From Candidatus Latescibacterota bacterium (GTDB lineage: Bacteria; Latescibacterota; UBA2968; UBA8231), in assembly GCA_965221775.1 (NCBI GenBank), contig CBDCSU010000004.1, positions 96,001-160,000 on the forward strand: a DNA stretch of 64,000 nt. The letters are read 5' to 3'. The notes beneath the pieces are model-generated. The model searched no databases. It was not told the DNA's origin and worked only from the letters and a program-made list of their open reading frames with translations. Position numbers and translations under genes: made by a program. Positions 9,940 through 18,029 of the stretch are shown piece after piece (the stretch's first letter is position 1; each line of letters starts with the position of its first letter).

Positions 9940-11496
9940 GTGGACGAACGTACAATGAAGATTGGTATTGCAAGCCGATTCCTAAGGGACCTCCATGGCC
10001 TATCGCCTACGTTGAGGAAGAAGACCCTGGAGCTTATACACGAGCTTCAAGGGGTGGGGCAAACCGAGCTTAGGCAGAAGGCATTGCCGGGCTGGCGGCT
10101 CCACAGTCTCCGGGAGTCAAGTATGGTATCCCTCTCGGTAGATATGAACTTCCGGATCCTTGCTCAATTCACTCAGGGTGCTCTTATCCTCCATCGGGTA
10201 GTAAGACACGATGTGGCTGATCGTGCCACAGTGAACAGGAACGATCAAGCCGAAGCCATAGTCCAGATGAGCCCTGAAGAGATTCGTCCCGCGGATGTAT
10301 ATGATGCGTTGCTTTCCTTCGGTGTGCCCCGACATGAGGCTGAGTTCTTCCGCGAGTGCTCAACAGAAGATGACCTTCTGAACGTAGCAGTTAAGGTCTC
10401 AGAGGAAACGGCAAGTCTTGCCCTGACCCTGTACGAGACAAGCGGCCTCCCAATCCCTCAGGCTCGGTTCCGGATCCTCCAAAGAGATGAGGATCTCATG
10501 CGTCTTCTTGAGGCGGGAGGTACTGAGTGGAATCTATACCTACACCCGTCTCAAGCATACATTGTGGAACTAGAACCCTCCTTTCGAGCGGCCATCGTAG
10601 GTTCTGCCGGCACAGGTAAGACGGTTTGTGCGTGGCATCGCAGCAAGCATCTGATTGACTTGGGTGTATCGGTCGGTTTCGTTTGTCCGCACGAATCGGT
10701 GCTAGACATCTCGAAGCAGAATCTAATTGACATGATCGGACCGGAAGATGAACGGAGTTACTTCTTTGTCCCGAAGCAACCCGATGAGCTCCTACAGCTT
10801 GCTGATGCCGTTGACCATCTCATTATCGACGAGGCACAGGAGATTCCTCCGACATGGTTCTCCAACCTTGCAGCAAGAATGCGTGATACAGTTGGGCTGA
10901 CCGTGCTCTATGATCTGAATCAGCTCGGAGGTAATATCCGGGATGGCGACACCGCCCGATACCGGGACCGAATTGCCGGCTGGAAGTCAATGTTGAGCGG
11001 ATTCCCCAGAATGAGGAAGTTCAATCTGACGATCAATTATAGAAACGCACGAGAAATCGCCGAGTGTTATCTGGAACTGCTGTCAGAAGCACTGCCTGCA
11101 AAACCATTTGCTGACGTTCCCGTGTTCGAATCTGGAGAGGTTCTCCGGCATAGGGTCAAGAGTGGATACTTGGAAGACGAGCTTGCTAGTATTCTACGAA
11201 GGATGCTGGTGGACTATTCCTCTCACGAGATTGGGGTAGTTGTTCTCAACCGAGGACCGAGCAGCCTACTCTGCCACCTGTCCCGGCGCAAGCTTCCTGT
11301 CGTGCGGGATGCAAAGCAGGACGGAATTGTTATTACTACCGCGGCGAAGGTTCGCGGCCACGAACGAGAAGTGATGATTGTGATTGCGAAGAGCACCCAA
11401 GCTCTGTGTCGGAGTTTTGGCGCCGCAATCGATGCCTATATTGCGATGTCACGAGCGATAAAGCAGCTCATCGTAGTCGAGGAAGAGGGCAGATGA
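9940..11496 (+). CDS. RelE-like N-terminal domain fused to a compact SF1 (UvrD-like) helicase/ATPase
   Basis: N-terminal IASRFLRDL...WRLHSL...SLSVDMNFRIL...HD pattern; YLHPSQ, GSAGTGKT, LIIDEAQE, YDLNQ, LTINYRN, VRGHER, YIAMSRA; visibly lower GC; GTG start directly after the helicase stop. Confidence 0.75.
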   Translation: MDERTMKIGIASRFLRDLHGLSPTLRKKTLELIHELQGVGQTELRQKALPGWRLHSLRESSMVSLSVDMNFRILAQFTQGALILHRVVRHDVADRATVNRNDQAEAIVQMSPEEIRPADVYDALLSFGVPRHEAEFFRECSTEDDLLNVAVKVSEETASLALTLYETSGLPIPQARFRILQRDEDLMRLLEAGGTEWNLYLHPSQAYIVELEPSFRAAIVGSAGTGKTVCAWHRSKHLIDLGVSVGFVCPHESVLDISKQNLIDMIGPEDERSYFFVPKQPDELLQLADAVDHLIIDEAQEIPPTWFSNLAARMRDTVGLTVLYDLNQLGGNIRDGDTARYRDRIAGWKSMLSGFPRMRKFNLTINYRNAREIAECYLELLSEALPAKPFADVPVFESGEVLRHRVKSGYLEDELASILRRMLVDYSSHEIGVVVLNRGPSSLLCHLSRRKLPVVRDAKQDGIVITTAAKVRGHEREVMIVIAKSTQALCRSFGAAIDAYIAMSRAIKQLIVVEEEGR

Positions 11497-11900
11497 GGGA
11501 CTTCCGTCAACTGGTTGTGCAGCGTCCGCCAGACCAATCCGATATAGAGAACCTTCTGCGGAAGGGAGCACTTGGCAAGGCACTTCGACAGGCAAGAGCC
11601 ACGGGTTTGATCATTCCTCAAGAAGACATTGAGGCCACGGCAATCGAGATGTTCAATTCCAACCGTGCGGGCGAGTTATTGGCCATGGTTGGTAAAGTAG
11701 ATGTAGACCTGCCATTTGACACGAGCCAACTGCTTCTACGTGTCTTTGAAGCAGGAGACTACCATACGTTTCTGAAACAGGTGCATCGTTTGGGTGTCGG
11801 AGCGAATGAGGAGCTCAGGGTCACGGAAGCTATCGCAGTAGTTGAACGAACTGCTCCCCTGGAAGCACGGTCCTGGAGACGGAAGTTCCGTACAGTGTGA
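11493..11900 (+). CDS. Hypothetical alpha-helical protein (135 aa)
   Basis: ATG 11493 overlaps the upstream TGA (ATGA); same low-GC composition; no recognisable motif. Confidence 0.7.
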   Translation: MRDFRQLVVQRPPDQSDIENLLRKGALGKALRQARATGLIIPQEDIEATAIEMFNSNRAGELLAMVGKVDVDLPFDTSQLLLRVFEAGDYHTFLKQVHRLGVGANEELRVTEAIAVVERTAPLEARSWRRKFRTV

Positions 11901-12025
11901 AGCATGCGGCGTTGGTGAGAGGGAGATGTCTTAGGCAATGCTGCTGTCTCTGCATCGACCACTTGGACTTAGGAATTGGATCGTAGGTCTTGATCTGAGA
12001 CTATTGGAGATCGCACGATGCTGAA

Positions 12026-12143
12026 GCGAGGCAGCGACTGGCGCGGGTGCGGGACCCCTTCGCCAAGCTGCTGATGAAGGGAACGAGAGTCCCTTACCCT
12101 CACCATCACGGCGGGGGCGGTCATGCAGGCGGCGGAGGAGGGC
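12026..12143 (+). pseudogene. Direct repeat copy 2: remnant 3' end of a second helicase allele
   Basis: About 92% identical to 9781-9897. In the helicase frame it ends AGAVMQAAEEGPGS-stop, with TGA 12153-12155 overlapping ATG 12152. Confidence 0.88.
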
Positions 12144-12151
12144 CCAGGGTC

Positions 12152-13759
12152 ATGACGACGACTGGCATCCGTTTCTTCAACACCGCGGGACCGATCGTGG
12201 CGGCGGATCACTACCATGTGCCGCCGCTGGAGCGGCTGGACCGCGACGAGGTGCTGATGCTGATCCGTCAGCAGAAGTACTTCGTGCTGCACGCTCCCCG
12301 GCAGACAGGCAAGACCTCGGCCCTGCTGGCGCTGAGAGATCTGCTCAATAGCGGTGTCGCCGGCGAGTACCGCTGCGTCTACGTCAACGTCGAGGCGGGC
12401 CAAGCGGCGCGCGAGGATGTCGCAACGGCGATGCGGGCAATCCTCAGCGCCCTCGCCCGTGCGGCGCGTCAAACCCTCGATGACCAGTTCGTCGCTGACG
12501 CCTGGCCTGGCATCTTCGAGGGCTCCGGCCCCAACGATGCCCTTGGGGAAACCCTGTCCCGCTGGGCCGAGTCGGACCCCCAGCCGCTGGTGCTGCTGAT
12601 CGACGAGATCGACGCCCTGATCGGCGACAGCCTGCTGGCGGTGCTGCGGCAGTTGCGCGCCGGGTATGCAGACCGCCCACGGCGGTTTCCGCAGAGCGTG
12701 GTCCTTGGCGGGGTGCGGGACGTGCGCGACTACCGCATCCGCTCTTCCGCCGAGAACGCCGTCATCGCCGGGGGCAGCGCCTTCAACATCCGGGCCGAGT
12801 CCCTGCGCCTGGGGGGCTTCTCCCGCGAGGAGGTGGAGTCGCTGCTGGGGCAGCATACCGAGGAGACCGGGCAGGCCTTCACGGAGGAGGCGCGCGCGGC
12901 GGTCTGGGAACTGACCGAGGGCCAGCCGTGGCTGGTGAACGCCCTGGCCTACGAAGCCTGCTTCCGCAACAAGGCCGGCCGCGACCGGGGCCAGGAGGTG
13001 ACCGCCGAGGCCATCCAGGATGCGCGCGAGCAGTTGATCCTGCGCCGGGAAACGCACCTGGACCAGCTCACCGACAAGCTCCGGGAGGAGCGGGTGCGCC
13101 GGGTGATCGAGCCGCTGCTGAGAGGCGCCGACGACGCCGGTCCCATCGCTGCCGACGACTTGGAATACGTACGCGACCTCGGCCTGGTTGCCCGCGACAG
13201 CCCGGTCCGCATCGCCAACCCGATCTACCGCGAGGTGATCCCCCGCGATCTGACGTTCACGACCCAGGCGGGTTTCCATCACGACCCGTCCTGGTACGTG
13301 GACGAGGGCGGGGCCCTGGAGGTGGACAAGCTGCTGGCCGCGTTCCAGGAGTTCTTCCGGGAGCACTCCGAGCACTGGGTGGAGCGCTTCCAGTACAAGG
13401 AGGCGGGTCCGCAGTTGCTGCTTCAGGCCTTCCTTCAGCGCATCCTCAACAGCGGCGGCCGCATCGAGCGCGAGTACGGCCTGGGGCGCCTGCGCACCGA
13501 TCTGCTGCTGGTGTGGCCGCTGCCGGGAGATGCGGGCGGGGTGCAGAAGGCGGTCGTCGAGTGCAAGGTGCTGCACCGGGGCCTGGAGCGGACCCTGCGC
13601 GAAGGGCTGGAGCAGACACGGGCCTACATGGACCGCTGCGGGTCGGCGGAGGGGCACCTGGTGATCTTCGACCGCACCGAGGGCAAGTCGTGGGAGGAGA
13701 AGGTGTACCGCCGCGACGAGACCGGGGGCGGCGCCCCGGTCACAGCGTGGGGGATGTGA
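12152..13759 (+). CDS. AAA-like ATPase with C-terminal PD-(D/E)xK nuclease domain
   Basis: RFFNTAGP start, APRQTGKTS, LLIDEID, SAFNI, GQPWLVN, IEREYGLGRLRTDL...VVECK; GGAGG RBS. Confidence 0.9.
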   Translation: MTTTGIRFFNTAGPIVAADHYHVPPLERLDRDEVLMLIRQQKYFVLHAPRQTGKTSALLALRDLLNSGVAGEYRCVYVNVEAGQAAREDVATAMRAILSALARAARQTLDDQFVADAWPGIFEGSGPNDALGETLSRWAESDPQPLVLLIDEIDALIGDSLLAVLRQLRAGYADRPRRFPQSVVLGGVRDVRDYRIRSSAENAVIAGGSAFNIRAESLRLGGFSREEVESLLGQHTEETGQAFTEEARAAVWELTEGQPWLVNALAYEACFRNKAGRDRGQEVTAEAIQDAREQLILRRETHLDQLTDKLREERVRRVIEPLLRGADDAGPIAADDLEYVRDLGLVARDSPVRIANPIYREVIPRDLTFTTQAGFHHDPSWYVDEGGALEVDKLLAAFQEFFREHSEHWVERFQYKEAGPQLLLQAFLQRILNSGGRIEREYGLGRLRTDLLLVWPLPGDAGGVQKAVVECKVLHRGLERTLREGLEQTRAYMDRCGSAEGHLVIFDRTEGKSWEEKVYRRDETGGGAPVTAWGM

Positions 13760-13771
13760 ACGCACAGGAAG

Positions 13772-15058
13772 GTGGATAGAGTGCACTACCTTACTGATTT
13801 CAAGGGATTCAAGGAGGCCGCCATCGATCTGCTGCGGCCATTCACGCTGCTGATCGGACCGAACGGCTCGGGAAAGAGCAATGTCATCGAGGCGGTCGAG
13901 CTGCTGTCCTTCATCGCGCGGGGTCAACCTCTCCATGAGATCGCGGACGTTGGTCGTGCGCCCGGAGGTCTTCAGATCCGGGGGGGGGTTCAGGCTTGCG
14001 GCCGGGCCGGCGGGAACAGATTCACCCTTGGGTTCATCGCCAAGGTAAGGCTTCACGATGAGTTCAAGTCGGTCACCTACATTCTGAGCCTCTTTACAAG
14101 GCCACATCCCCAGATAGCCGCTGAGCGGCTGAGTTACGGCGACCGGGTGATCTACCGAACACTTCCAAGACATCCCGGATCAGTGCCACGCGATGTAACC
14201 GTGGAATACGACAACTTCGCTCGCGGTGGAAGGAAACCCCAAGCTGCCGCTTCATCAGACCGTTCCGTCCTTTCCCAGTATCAGGAGATTGCGCGCAAGA
14301 ACCGGAATATGAAAGAATGCATGCAGCTTGTGGATGCGCTCCGGCATCATCTGCAAGCCTCCTTCATTTTCGATCCAGATCCCAAGCTCATGCACGTCTA
14401 TGAGCGAATCGGCAACACTACCCTCTCCCGGGATGGCGCCAACTTGTCGGCGGTTCTCTACTCCCTTCATACAGGTGACGAAGCTGATCAGGCATTGTTG
14501 GCTCGTTTGCTTTCCCGCATTTCCCAGCTTCCCGATGAGCCGTACGAGGAGTTCAGTTTTACCACGACCGATCTCGGGGACGTGATCTTTGGACTCCGCG
14601 AGAGAACGGGCTACACCGTGGACGCCCGGGCCCTGTCCGATGGAACGCTGAGAACCCTGGCTATCCTGACCGCCCTGGAGACGGTCCAAGAGGGCTCCCG
14701 AGTCATCGTGGAGGAGTTCGACAACGGACTCCACCCGAGCCGGACAGGAGTACTGACGGCCGCCATAGGTGATGCCACTGAGAGACGCAAGTTGAAAGTA
14801 CTGGTTACCACGCACAATCCTGCCACCATGAACAGCCTGACAGATGAGCAGCTGAAGGGAGTGGTTCTCTGCACGTGGAGCCAGACCAAGGAATGCGCCG
14901 ATCTCGTTGGGTTGGCTAACCTTCCGCGGTCCGACGAGCTCCTTGAGCGCGGACAGCTGGGGGATCTCGTCTCGCGCCGCGTCGTCGAGCAGTACCTGGC
15001 ACCGGAGTTCGAGGAACGCCAGCGCGAGAAAGTCCAGGAGTGGGTTGAGGCTCTGTAG
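13772..15058 (+). CDS. ABC-type (AAA_21/AbiEii-like) ATPase
   Basis: GPNGSGKSN, LSDGTLR signature, IVEEFDNGLHP, TTHNP. Confidence 0.9.
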   Translation: MDRVHYLTDFKGFKEAAIDLLRPFTLLIGPNGSGKSNVIEAVELLSFIARGQPLHEIADVGRAPGGLQIRGGVQACGRAGGNRFTLGFIAKVRLHDEFKSVTYILSLFTRPHPQIAAERLSYGDRVIYRTLPRHPGSVPRDVTVEYDNFARGGRKPQAAASSDRSVLSQYQEIARKNRNMKECMQLVDALRHHLQASFIFDPDPKLMHVYERIGNTTLSRDGANLSAVLYSLHTGDEADQALLARLLSRISQLPDEPYEEFSFTTTDLGDVIFGLRERTGYTVDARALSDGTLRTLAILTALETVQEGSRVIVEEFDNGLHPSRTGVLTAAIGDATERRKLKVLVTTHNPATMNSLTDEQLKGVVLCTWSQTKECADLVGLANLPRSDELLERGQLGDLVSRRVVEQYLAPEFEERQREKVQEWVEAL

Positions 15059-15552
15059 TGAATCCGCCCGTCTACCTGATCGATACCAGCTACCTGCTGG
15101 AGCTGTTCGCCGTCCCAGGATGCTCTACCGAGGCAGCCGTTGCGGAGGTAAGGCGGCGCGTCAAGGATGGTGCGAGGAACGGCGCCCGGCTGTACGTGAC
15201 TGTGCCCTGCATATTCGAGTTGGCGAGTCACATCTCCGATGTGGCCGACGGCAATCTGCGGGTCTTTGGCCGGAACCATGGCAGACACCGTTCTGTCCAG
15301 TCTCGACGAAGGAATGCCATGGACCGTCTTGCCTTCTCGGGCGTCTCGCTGGCTCAGGGAGGCTGTAGCAGGCTTTACAGACACTCACGTCCGCGAGGCA
15401 TTGACTTGACTGATGGCACACTGATCGACGAGGCCCGCAGGCTCAGGCAGGGCCGGTACCGCGGGCCAGAGTGGCGAGTGCACATCTGGACCAAGGACAC
15501 GAAGCTGAAGGCGAGAGAGCCTGACACGGAGCCCGATGCGTTCCTCGGGTGA
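15058..15552 (+). CDS. PIN-domain-like protein, possibly with two compensating frameshifts
   Basis: YLIDTSYLLEL, IFELASHI, IDLTDGTLI, HIWTKD acidic PIN pattern; GTG overlaps the upstream TAG; the middle segment reads better in the +1 frame. Confidence 0.7.
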   Translation: MNPPVYLIDTSYLLELFAVPGCSTEAAVAEVRRRVKDGARNGARLYVTVPCIFELASHISDVADGNLRVFGRNHGRHRSVQSRRRNAMDRLAFSGVSLAQGGCSRLYRHSRPRGIDLTDGTLIDEARRLRQGRYRGPEWRVHIWTKDTKLKAREPDTEPDAFLG

Positions 15553-15576
15553 TCCTCTGCGGATGAACGGCCCACC

Positions 15577-16836
15577 ATGCTGAAGCGAGTCCAGATTCGG
15601 GGATACAAGTCCCTCAAGGACCTGGAGGTGACCCTCTCCTCCCTCGTCGTCCTCGTCGGGCCGAACGCCACGGGCAAGAGCAACCTGCTCGATGCCCTGC
15701 AGCTCCTGTCCAGGTTGGGAACGAGCCGCACCTTGAGGGAGGCCTTCGATCCACCCTACCGCGGCAAGCCGCTGGAATCGTTCACCATCGGGAGCGGGGG
15801 GATCAGGGGCCTGCTGGAGCAGGACAGGCTTTCCCTCTCCATCGAGGCCGACTTGAGCCTGTCGGACTCGGCGGTCGATGCTGTCAACCGACAGATCCGG
15901 GAGATGGGGCGTCCCCATGGAGCCCCCGCCCGGGTCCGTGAACGGGATCTCCGCTACCGGATCGAGGTGGAGATGCTGCCCCGATCCGGCATTCTGCGGG
16001 TGGCGGATGAATACCTCGCCGCCTTGAACCGCAAGGGCGAGCCCACGGGAAAGCGGAAGCCCTTCCTTGAGCGGCAGGGAGAGAGGATCCGCCTTCGCAA
16101 CGAAGGCCAGACGCACCCGACGTATTTCGACTGTTACCTCGACCACAGCATCCTCTCCATGCCGCACTACCCTCCGCACAATCCTCACTTGGTAGCGGCT
16201 CGTCACGAGCTGGAAAGCTGGCGGTTTTTCTACTTCGAGCCGCGTGAACGCATGCGCGCCGCCAGCCCGGTCAAGGAGGTTCGCCATATCGGGTTGATGG
16301 GCGAGGAACTGGCGGCCTTCCTCTATACCATGAAGGCCACCGATGCCCGGCGGTTCAGGGGCGTCGAGAAGGCCCTGCATGTCCTGATGCCCGACATCGA
16401 TGGAATCGAGGTGGATGTCAGCGATCTGGGTGAGGTCGAGCTCCGTCTCAGAGAGGGCGGTGCGGCCATTCCAGCCCGCGTCCTCTCGGAGGGCACACTC
16501 AGGATACTTGGTCTTCTCGCCCTGTCCGGACTGGACCAGGGCCCGGCCTTGGTCGGGATCGAGGAGCCCGAGAACGGGGTCCACTCCCGGCGAATCGAGT
16601 TGATCGCCGAGTTGCTGAGAACCCAGGAGAGCCTGAACCGGATCCAGCAGATCATCACCACCCACTCCCCGATCCTGCCTGATCTGCTGGAGGAGGAGTC
16701 GCTGTTCGGGGTCCGCCGGCTGAACGGCCGGACTCGCATCGATCCGGGCAGGAACGAGACCGACTTCCAGTGCCCGCACGCATCCGCTGTTGGGCACCGG
16801 CTCAAGAGTCTGCATGGAACGACAGCCGCGTCATAG
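15577..16836 (+). CDS. Second ABC-type (AAA_21) ATPase, C-terminus probably replaced
   Basis: MLKRVQIRGYKSL, GPNATGKSN, LSEGTLR, IEEPENGVH, TTHSP; the tail after RTRIDP looks unrelated and overlaps the next gene. Confidence 0.85.
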   Translation: MLKRVQIRGYKSLKDLEVTLSSLVVLVGPNATGKSNLLDALQLLSRLGTSRTLREAFDPPYRGKPLESFTIGSGGIRGLLEQDRLSLSIEADLSLSDSAVDAVNRQIREMGRPHGAPARVRERDLRYRIEVEMLPRSGILRVADEYLAALNRKGEPTGKRKPFLERQGERIRLRNEGQTHPTYFDCYLDHSILSMPHYPPHNPHLVAARHELESWRFFYFEPRERMRAASPVKEVRHIGLMGEELAAFLYTMKATDARRFRGVEKALHVLMPDIDGIEVDVSDLGEVELRLREGGAAIPARVLSEGTLRILGLLALSGLDQGPALVGIEEPENGVHSRRIELIAELLRTQESLNRIQQIITTHSPILPDLLEEESLFGVRRLNGRTRIDPGRNETDFQCPHASAVGHRLKSLHGTTAAS

Positions 16837-17068
16837 CAAGGAGGAGTTCGCCCGGCGTGGTCAGGCGATCTACGAGCAGCGAGTGAGGCCGCAGGTGGAA
16901 GAAGGCAACAGCGGTCGCGTCGTGGCGATTGACATTGAGACCGGCGAGTTCGAGGTGGGGGACGATCCCTTGGCCGCCTCCGACCAACTGTTCGCGCGCT
17001 GTCCAGATGCGCAGCCGTGGCTGATCCGGATCGGCCACCGTGCGCTACACCGGCTCGGCGCATCATGA
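16814..17068 (+). CDS. Small DUF5678-like protein (usual partner of clan AA aspartic proteases)
   Basis: SKEEFARRGQAIYE...VVAIDIETGEFEV...RIGH pattern. Confidence 0.72.
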   Translation: MERQPRHSKEEFARRGQAIYEQRVRPQVEEGNSGRVVAIDIETGEFEVGDDPLAASDQLFARCPDAQPWLIRIGHRALHRLGAS

Positions 17069-17085
17069 TCGAGGGTGCAGTTTCA
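17065..17085 (+). pseudogene. Stub (MIEGAVS) of a probable clan AA aspartic protease gene
   Basis: ATGA overlap with the upstream gene and an MIxGxV start typical of that family; the frame closes after 14 codons inside the CBASS start region. Confidence 0.45.
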
Positions 17086-17096
17086 GAAAGGAAACG

Positions 17097-18029
17097 ATGG
17101 CTATGCTAACTAGGAATTGGGAGAATGAATTCAGCCAGTGGGCACGGCCACCGGGTACGGTCGAGGATGAGCGTTGTGAGAACGCGATCAAAGCCATTCG
17201 CAATGCGATCGCCAAAAGCGACAAGCTGAAAAGCCGGCGATTGAAGGTCTTTCCACATGGCTCGTACCGCAATCGTGTCAATGTCCGTCAAGACAGCGAC
17301 GTCGATGTGGCAGTTCTCTGCGATGAGAGTTTTTTTCGCGACCTCCCCTCTGGGACTACCGACGAGACCTTTGAGATTACCCCAGCGACCTACCATTATG
17401 TTCAGTTCAAGAACGAACTTGTGGAAGCCTTGACCGAGCACTTTGGAGTTGGATCGGTCCGTCGGGGGAACAAAGCGATCGACGTTCGAGAGAACACGTA
17501 CCATGTGGAAGCTGATGTTGCTCCGTTTTTTGAATATCGATACTACTGGAAGAAAGGGACTTACCGATGCGGAGTGGCACTACGCCCTGACACCGGCCCA
17601 CTGATCAAGAACTACCCCGAATGTGTACTCGATAGCTGGCCGCAGATACCTATGCATTACGAGAATGCGGTCTCAAAGAACAAGAGAACTCATCGTTCTT
17701 ACAAGGGTGTAGTGCGTATTCTCAAGAAACTTCGTAACGAAATGGATGATGCTCTCATCTCTGCCGCCAAGTCAATTCCCGGGTTTCTGGTCGAGTGCAT
17801 GGTCTGGAATTCACCGACTGCGTGCTTCCGAGGGAACACTTGGGACGGCAAACTGCAAGCGGTGCTTGTACATCTGTGGTCGAACACCAAGAACGATATA
17901 CACTGTGAGGACTGGAAGGAGGTCAATGACATTAAATTTCTCTTTGCCTCAGGGCAGCCGTGGACACGACGTGAGGCTTTTGATTTCGTGGACGCCGCGT
18001 GGAGCTATGTCGGAAGAAGGACGAAGTGA
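17097..18029 (+). CDS. cdnE: CD-NTase (cGAS/DncV-like cyclase), CdnE-like
   Basis: NWENEFSQW start, HGSYRNRVNVRQDSDVD, RGNKAIDV, EADV, VRILKKLRN, IPGFLVECMVWN, WKEVNDIKFLF; start 17097 or 17103. Confidence 0.92.
   Translation: MAMLTRNWENEFSQWARPPGTVEDERCENAIKAIRNAIAKSDKLKSRRLKVFPHGSYRNRVNVRQDSDVDVAVLCDESFFRDLPSGTTDETFEITPATYHYVQFKNELVEALTEHFGVGSVRRGNKAIDVRENTYHVEADVAPFFEYRYYWKKGTYRCGVALRPDTGPLIKNYPECVLDSWPQIPMHYENAVSKNKRTHRSYKGVVRILKKLRNEMDDALISAAKSIPGFLVECMVWNSPTACFRGNTWDGKLQAVLVHLWSNTKNDIHCEDWKEVNDIKFLFASGQPWTRREAFDFVDAAWSYVGRRTK

Noticed and set aside
12047-12151. N-terminal extension of the AAA-nuclease ORF (MRDPFAKLL...HHHGGGG)
   Set aside because: It is the frameshifted helicase-tail duplicate, not part of the protein
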